DNA of 20,754 nucleotides from a virus (lineage: Duplodnaviria; Heunggongvirae; Uroviricota; Caudoviricetes): positions 1 through 20,754 of the IMG/VR virus record IMGVR_UViG_2778261639_000004; one strand, given 5' to 3'. A program made the translations under genes and the position numbers. The notes below the pieces were generated by a model. That model did not search any database. It worked only from the letters and a program-made list of their open reading frames with translations, and was not told the origin of the DNA. Shown here piece by piece: positions 14,879 through 20,754 of this stretch; position 1 is the stretch's first letter, and each line of letters begins with the position of its first letter.

Positions 14879-16798
14879 ATGGAACAGTTCAATATCAATA
14901 AAGGGGTGACGATCAAGCCTGGGCTTGACGTGCTTCCCCCGCCAGTGACTGATGATGAATATCGCGCATTAATGGCCGGTGAGGACCGCTATCTGATGAC
15001 GGAATCCAACACCCTGGAGGAAATCGAGGCTACGTTCTTCTATGACACGCCGATCCACTGGTGCGCTACGGATTTACTGGAGGCGATTAGTTCTACTCGT
15101 TTGCAGTTACACCGGACCATGCAGGCATTTGTCCGGGCATTGAACCATAAGCTGAATGGTACCGGAATCTCTGCGGGGAGTGATAAAACGGGGGATGTTG
15201 CCCAGAGCGGCGCGCGCGAGATCGGCGGCGCTGAAATTGGTCGGGCACGTAACGTTAACGGGCTGCCGGTCCTGCCAGCCATTATTCCGCTCAGTGATGG
15301 TCAGACTATCAGCATTTTGTTTCATAGCCCGACAGCGGAAAACCGGATCACCAATAGCGATACGCTGGTTGCTTTCCAGTTCTTACTGAATAAAAAAGAC
15401 GTTACTCACACCGTTGCTCCGATGAGTGGACGTGATATGACGCTGGCGCAGGTCACCATGAAACTTGCCAACCTTGCAGAGAAAAACTCGGCAAAATTCC
15501 AGCGTGCGCAGAAGAAGAAAAAAGCCCTGGTTGATGAAATAACCCAACTACAGGCTGACAGTGACCAGAAAGAGGATGCCATGAGCGACCTCGCGGATCA
15601 GGTGGCAGCGGTAGAAGGCCAGAAGGCAGATCTGGAGCAGAAAATTAACGCGGTTGCTTCGGAAGCGGATTCTCTTTATCAAGAAAATGAGCGTTTGCAG
15701 GCGGAGATTGATCAGCTCAATCGCACTGGTGGGCGCGATACCATTGCTCCAGCGGGGATGACTGGTGGGCACTCTCGCGCGCTGACGGATCGCCTTGCCA
15801 GTATCAAAAATCGTATGCATATGGACGGGGAAGCGACGCTCAGTAATGGTGCATCAATGAAGCAATTCATTGGGGATGGCGAAGGGTATATCCAGTTAAC
15901 CGATCCGGATGGCAGCGTATACATGATCAAGGCTAAATCCATACAGGGTGTGGACATGGCAGATGCGATCGGCAAGCTGTTTAAAGCCTATAAAGCGGGT
16001 GATGTATCGGAATATCTGGTCCAACCAGAAGAACATAAACCGGAAAACGTCGAACCTGAACCAGCGGAGGATACCGGTAGCTCTTCGCCTGAACCAGAAG
16101 TCTCTGTAGGTGCATATCGATATGCCCTGCAAATGCGTCCGGCGGCCCCTGGCGCAATACCTGAAGGTAACAAAGCGATTCTGCCGCGCCCTGATGAAGG
16201 TGATCCGTATTATGAATATGCACGCTACGGCATTGCTACTTACGATACCCCGCTTTCTGATCAGCAAATGAGTGAGTACGACCTGAAGTTATTGCCTCGC
16301 GAGGATTCTTTCGACTTCCTGGCGAAGACACTTACTAATGGTCCGTTTGGCAAATATGCACAAAAAGCTCTGGAGCTGGCCACCAGCTCACCAGACGAGT
16401 TCCGCGTAATGCTGAAGACTCAGTTTCAAAAAACTTTCCCCAATATTGCGTTTCCGGGGGGCGCTGGCACCGAGAAAATGGTGCAGAGCATGATCAATGC
16501 ATTGCAGGCCGAAGTCGGTGAGATTACTCAGCCAGAACCGGCCCCGGCACAGCCTGATGAAACGGTTAGCGAAGCAGATGCAGAGGCTAATAAAGCCATT
16601 GAATATCTCAATAACGTGATGGATATGCAAAGCACTGACATGGCGGAGATCCGTAACGCCCGGGGCAATGTCCGGGAAGCGATTGCAGCCCTTCAGGCTG
16701 CCGGACGTTTTGAGGAAAACGAAGAGCTGGTTAATGGCGCTGCTCGCCACCTGGCTGATCTGCTGGTAGCAATCCAGAAAGCGGGGGTAGCGGCATGA
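14879..16798 (+). CDS. darA: Antirestriction, capsid-internal protein (639 aa; P1 DarA-like)
   Basis: Long ORF starting 1 nt after the upstream stop; internal coiled-coil segment (QLQADSDQKEDAMSDLADQVAAVEGQKADLEQKINAV…); Pro/Glu-rich linker. Symbol by synteny, length and the Hdf paralogy; not checked against a database. Confidence 0.65.
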   Translation: MEQFNINKGVTIKPGLDVLPPPVTDDEYRALMAGEDRYLMTESNTLEEIEATFFYDTPIHWCATDLLEAISSTRLQLHRTMQAFVRALNHKLNGTGISAGSDKTGDVAQSGAREIGGAEIGRARNVNGLPVLPAIIPLSDGQTISILFHSPTAENRITNSDTLVAFQFLLNKKDVTHTVAPMSGRDMTLAQVTMKLANLAEKNSAKFQRAQKKKKALVDEITQLQADSDQKEDAMSDLADQVAAVEGQKADLEQKINAVASEADSLYQENERLQAEIDQLNRTGGRDTIAPAGMTGGHSRALTDRLASIKNRMHMDGEATLSNGASMKQFIGDGEGYIQLTDPDGSVYMIKAKSIQGVDMADAIGKLFKAYKAGDVSEYLVQPEEHKPENVEPEPAEDTGSSSPEPEVSVGAYRYALQMRPAAPGAIPEGNKAILPRPDEGDPYYEYARYGIATYDTPLSDQQMSEYDLKLLPREDSFDFLAKTLTNGPFGKYAQKALELATSSPDEFRVMLKTQFQKTFPNIAFPGGAGTEKMVQSMINALQAEVGEITQPEPAPAQPDETVSEADAEANKAIEYLNNVMDMQSTDMAEIRNARGNVREAIAALQAAGRFEENEELVNGAARHLADLLVAIQKAGVAA

Positions 16799-17160
16799 CA
16801 CTATCAGCTATTGAGTTAATGGATCTCAGCGATAAGTTGGATGCTCTGATGTCCAAAGCGGCTACCGCGAGTGGCATGGAGTTGCTGGATATCAGCGATG
16901 AAATTGACCAGATCATGCAACAGATGGGGTACGGCGCGTCCGGCGGCAGTAGTGGCGAGGAAAAACAACCTTCGGTACATGATGGTGTGCCAAAACTGGT
17001 TGCTGATTTCCTGGCTGATAAATTCGTCGATCAGAGCACTGATGCATTTATCGGTACGTTACAGGACTTGAGTCAATATGTTGGCACATACATCGACCTG
17101 GACCAGGTTAAACAGCACACGGCGGCATGGATAGCCGCCAACATTAAAGAGGCAGAATAA
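16795..17160 (+). CDS. ddrA: Small acidic protein (121 aa; P1 DdrA-like by position)
   Basis: ATGA overlap with the upstream stop; acidic with a Gly/Ser linker (GYGASGGSSGEE). Confidence 0.5.
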   Translation: MTLSAIELMDLSDKLDALMSKAATASGMELLDISDEIDQIMQQMGYGASGGSSGEEKQPSVHDGVPKLVADFLADKFVDQSTDAFIGTLQDLSQYVGTYIDLDQVKQHTAAWIAANIKEAE

Positions 17161-17172
17161 GGCGTAACAGGG

Positions 17173-20136
17173 ATGAGCTTAAGCGATCAGGTGGTAATGG
17201 CCACCAGTATAGAAACGCTGATCGAGCTGCTAAAAAACCTGCCCGATTACGGGCGGGTTTCGTATGTGGTGACAGCGAAGGGAGACGAGGTAAAAACAGC
17301 GTTTGATATCGTCGATGCCTCAGCTCTTTTGGTATCCAATACTCTGGACGGGAAAATTAACCCTGACTATCCCCAGGAACTTCAGCCGCGCGACCGGACC
17401 CGCGCATCCAGTCTTCTTCAGGTCAACCAGATATCCAAGGATTTGCGTCCTGCCCAGCTGACCGATTCCGGTTTATCCAGCCATGGCGCGCCGATAATTG
17501 GTGAGGACAATGCCGTTGAGTCAGGTAATGGACGGACCATGGGGATCATCAAAGCCTATCAGGACGGCAATGCGGATCGGTATCGTGAGTACCTGATTGA
17601 TCATGCGACCGAATTCGGCATACGACCTGAAAAGGTTGAATCAATGGCGGCTCCGGTACTGGTGCGCCGCCGGTTAACTAAGATTGACCGCGTTCAGTTT
17701 GCCAAGGACTCAAATATTTCTGATCTTCAGGAAATGGCAGCCAGTGAAAAGGCTTTTGTTGATGCTGACAGCATAACTCCGGCGATGATGGCGCTGTTTA
17801 ACCCATCAGAAAGCGGAGATCTGCTTAGCCGCAGTAATGACGCGTTTATTCGCGGATTCATGACGCAAGTTGGTGCCACACAGGCTGCTGGCCTTGTAAC
17901 GGAAGATGGGCGACCAACACGGCAACTTGTTGACCGTATACAAAACGCGATCTTTGCCAAGGCATATAAGGATGCGCGCCTGGTAAGAATGGTTGCAGAA
18001 GAACCTGATCCGGATATGCGTAATGTTCTGACGGCGCTTAATGCGGCAGCCAATGATTTTGTCCAGATGCAGGCTTTATCAGGAGAAGCGCACAAGCAGG
18101 CTGTGACAACTATTGTTGATGGTATTGAGACAGCGGATAGTCTCGATAAAAAGGCGCTGGCGGCATTGAAAGATGCGGTAGACCTGGTAAGGCAATCGAA
18201 GGAGTCAGGCCAACATATTACCGATGTTATTGCTCAGGGGGATATGTTCAGCGAAACAGCCCCGGAAGTGAAAGCTCTCGCGTTGTTCATCGTCGCGAAT
18301 AACCGTAGCGCGAAGCGTATGGCCACCGCCTTTAAGTTGATGGCGCAACGTATCAATGATGAGTTACAGCACCAGGGCCAGGCGCTTGGGGATATGTTTG
18401 GCGGCGGTGATGTGTCGTTACAGGATATCCTTCGCCAGGTATCTCAGGAACTGGAAAACGAAGGTATGCAAGGGATATCCGGCGGTAGTTACAACGGTGT
18501 TGCTCCATATACCAGCTTGCTATTACATCGGGCATCCGGCATCAAAGACATTATTCATCTGATCAGGCTGCTATCCCGCACCGATCCCCAGGATGAGCAG
18601 CTTGTACAAGTGCTTGCGCATTTTGTCCGAATGCCTGTTGCCGACGTAAAAAAATGGTGCCGATTATTCGGTATCAGCAATTCGTTACTTCGCGGATTGT
18701 TAAATCACGCATCCTCCCTTGGGCGCGACGGCTTTGATGAGATAGCGCAGGCGATAAAAAACGGAGATATGCCACCAGCTATTGACTGGTTTTCCATTCG
18801 CCCAACCAGGGTGAAAGCATTCCTTAGCGCGGCGCATTCGGCATCACCATTGGCAGAAATGGTTCAGAGGTTGTCGCTCATATTCACAGACCATACCGCG
18901 TTGGGTGATCTGACTCTGGACGAGATGAAAGAAGCCTCCATTCAGTGGGCCGATCAACAAAATGAGGTTAACTCTGACTTCTTGCCAGCATTCAGGAAGG
19001 CCGTTAGTAAAGCGGATGATGCCCGTGGAATTCTGAAGGCATTTAAGGCATTGCAAAGTCGTGTTAATAAACATGTCGGTGATATCGATGGGGTAACGGC
19101 GGAAGGCCGGGATATCCTTAAAGAGCACGGCATAACGCCAGAGTTTATTGATGAGATCAGGACTGATATGCAGCGTGAGGTCGTATCGTCCCTGCAAATC
19201 GTAGCCAGAGCGTTGGCGGATGCTAATCCGAAGAGTGCGGCCATTGTTAACCGGGTTATTGGTGATATTGAAGCATCGGAGGGCATGGGGGCACTGAAAC
19301 TCTTCCTTTCGCGAGCGTTTAATCCTAACGGCAATATTCTCCCTGGCATTATTGGTGAGGCTAAAAGGTATGTCAGTGAAGAAGAACTTGAGCAGCTTGA
19401 CCAACTACTTAAGCGATTCTCATATAACCCGCAGACACGCTGGCAAATGAATCAGCGAAGTATGGGTTCGGTCCACGAGAAAGTGTTATCTGCCATGAAC
19501 AGTGCGATCGCAAACTCATCCGTATCTGAAGAAAAAGCTCTTGAGTGGGCCGACTCTTTTATCACGGAAGAAGTGGAAGAAGCCCGCGCTGGACAGAATG
19601 GTGGGATAGACCTGCGCAAGGAACTTGCTGATATTTATCGCCTGACCGGCGGTAAAATTTCGACCTTATCAAAGGTGGTTCACCACCAGGGAAGGGCATA
19701 TGCAAATCTTAATGGTGTTGTTGCTGTCAATTTGAACGATGAAAATGCAAGTGCACTGTGGCACGAGCTGGGTCATCATCTTGAGTACAGTAACCCTGGT
19801 TTGTTAGAGAAAGCCCGGTCATTCCTGAAGGCCAATGTTGAAGGGGATAAGCCATCTTTCGTTAATATCGGTGGGCGTGGCAAGCCTGAATGGTGCTTCA
19901 GATCTCGATTGAGTAATATTTATATGGCGAAGGTATACCCGCCAGCCTCAGTGAGTAACTCCGGGAAAATTCGGCAGAAAGCACCGACTATTTCAAAAAC
20001 ATCAGCAACGGAAGTATTCTCTATGGCTCTTCAGTTGTATCATGACAAAGAGGCCGCTGCCGCATCACTGATGAATGGTGACGGATTGCTGGAACTGTTA
20101 TTAGGTGTGGCAAAGGAGCTAAATAATGCAGATTAA
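17173..20136 (+). CDS. ddrB: Large protein (987 aa) with a C-terminal HExxH motif (P1 DdrB-like by position)
   Basis: Long ORF on the operon strand. HELGH at residues 864-868 (nt 19762-19776) is the zinc-metallopeptidase consensus; no other domain recognised by eye. Symbol by synteny only. Confidence 0.55.
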   Translation: MSLSDQVVMATSIETLIELLKNLPDYGRVSYVVTAKGDEVKTAFDIVDASALLVSNTLDGKINPDYPQELQPRDRTRASSLLQVNQISKDLRPAQLTDSGLSSHGAPIIGEDNAVESGNGRTMGIIKAYQDGNADRYREYLIDHATEFGIRPEKVESMAAPVLVRRRLTKIDRVQFAKDSNISDLQEMAASEKAFVDADSITPAMMALFNPSESGDLLSRSNDAFIRGFMTQVGATQAAGLVTEDGRPTRQLVDRIQNAIFAKAYKDARLVRMVAEEPDPDMRNVLTALNAAANDFVQMQALSGEAHKQAVTTIVDGIETADSLDKKALAALKDAVDLVRQSKESGQHITDVIAQGDMFSETAPEVKALALFIVANNRSAKRMATAFKLMAQRINDELQHQGQALGDMFGGGDVSLQDILRQVSQELENEGMQGISGGSYNGVAPYTSLLLHRASGIKDIIHLIRLLSRTDPQDEQLVQVLAHFVRMPVADVKKWCRLFGISNSLLRGLLNHASSLGRDGFDEIAQAIKNGDMPPAIDWFSIRPTRVKAFLSAAHSASPLAEMVQRLSLIFTDHTALGDLTLDEMKEASIQWADQQNEVNSDFLPAFRKAVSKADDARGILKAFKALQSRVNKHVGDIDGVTAEGRDILKEHGITPEFIDEIRTDMQREVVSSLQIVARALADANPKSAAIVNRVIGDIEASEGMGALKLFLSRAFNPNGNILPGIIGEAKRYVSEEELEQLDQLLKRFSYNPQTRWQMNQRSMGSVHEKVLSAMNSAIANSSVSEEKALEWADSFITEEVEEARAGQNGGIDLRKELADIYRLTGGKISTLSKVVHHQGRAYANLNGVVAVNLNDENASALWHELGHHLEYSNPGLLEKARSFLKANVEGDKPSFVNIGGRGKPEWCFRSRLSNIYMAKVYPPASVSNSGKIRQKAPTISKTSATEVFSMALQLYHDKEAAAASLMNGDGLLELLLGVAKELNNAD

Positions 20137-20431
20137 AATCGCAGCGCCATTAGGCGGAGATGCCATTATCGAATTTGATGATAATGAAGAAGTTTCCGGG
20201 CGTTTAAGCATTATCTCCGGTGACATTACCGAGGACATGATCGCTGAAGCCATAGCTGGGGCAAATCCCAATAGCTATATGGGATTCGTTAACACCCTTG
20301 ATGCTCCCGCAAGTGATGTTCTCCGAACGCTGCATCTTTACGCTGGCTGGTTTGTCGATTGGCCAGCAGTAGAGGGTGGCGATGAGGACGACGATGATTT
20401 TGGGGATCATGTAGACCAGATCGTATATTAA
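20126..20431 (+). CDS. Very acidic small protein (101 aa, about 22 Asp/Glu, C-terminal GGDEDDDDFGD)
   Basis: ATG with AAGGAG 8 nt upstream; overlaps the 3' end of the upstream gene by 11 nt; last gene before an AT-rich non-coding stretch. Confidence 0.5.
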   Translation: MQIKIAAPLGGDAIIEFDDNEEVSGRLSIISGDITEDMIAEAIAGANPNSYMGFVNTLDAPASDVLRTLHLYAGWFVDWPAVEGGDEDDDDFGDHVDQIVY

Positions 20432-20754
20432 CTCCCTGATAGTGCACAAATAATCTGTTCTGATATGTTAATTGTGTACTTAAAGTAAACGCGTAGTGGC
20501 TTGCTTTAGGTTATGGAAGCAAGCTATTGCCTAATATGTTAGATCAAAAAATTTTAATTTTTGCGTTTCGCTCACCACATATTGAACACTTTAGCCGATC
20601 TTTTTATTGTTGCAGAGTCAATCCTGAAGCTACATATTGTTTAATATCTCTTCGTCATTGCATATTCAGAGGGTAAAGATATACACATACTAAAATGAAT
20701 TGGCTTAGCTCGTTATTAATCAGAATTCGATGAGACTACTCCATTTTAGGGAAT

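Noticed and set aside
15896-16267. 123-aa ORF on the - strand, along with other - strand ORFs between 15040 and 16801
   Set aside because: Inside the DarA-like gene; Arg/Phe-rich junk-like translation.
18844-19404. 186-aa and 131-aa ORFs on the - strand
   Set aside because: Antisense within the 987-aa + strand gene; no start signals.

Overview
This window reads as the late-gene region of a P1-like temperate phage or phage-plasmid, with almost every gene on the + strand. The order is: three small late proteins (194-2278); a 1140-aa tape-measure-like injection protein carrying a lytic transglycosylase domain (2360-5782, Sit-like); three translationally coupled baseplate-type genes (5782-8404); a tail-fibre operon (8483-11294); a ~1.9 kb invertible host-range segment bounded by two 26-bp hix/gix/cix-like crossover sites (10187-10212 and 12090-12115) holding an alternative fibre C-terminus and an inverted assembly gene on the - strand; a Hin/Gin/Cin/Pin-family DNA invertase (12171-12743); a ~775 bp AT-rich spacer; then an operon of holin, antiholin, a short DarA paralogue, a 639-aa DarA-like protein, a small acidic protein, a 987-aa protein with an HExxH motif and a very acidic 101-aa protein (13519-20431). 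The last operon matches my recollection of the P1 darA antirestriction operon (lydA-lydB-hdf-darA-ddrA-ddrB). All gene names rest on synteny, protein length and motifs read by eye; no database search was possible. The invertible segment is much shorter than the 4.2 kb P1 C-segment, so the fibre module looks mosaic. No rRNA, tRNA, CRISPR array or transposase was seen. The items I would look at first are the two copies of a shared late-promoter-like motif, the HExxH protein with its acidic downstream partner, and the small membrane ORF in the invertase-holin spacer.
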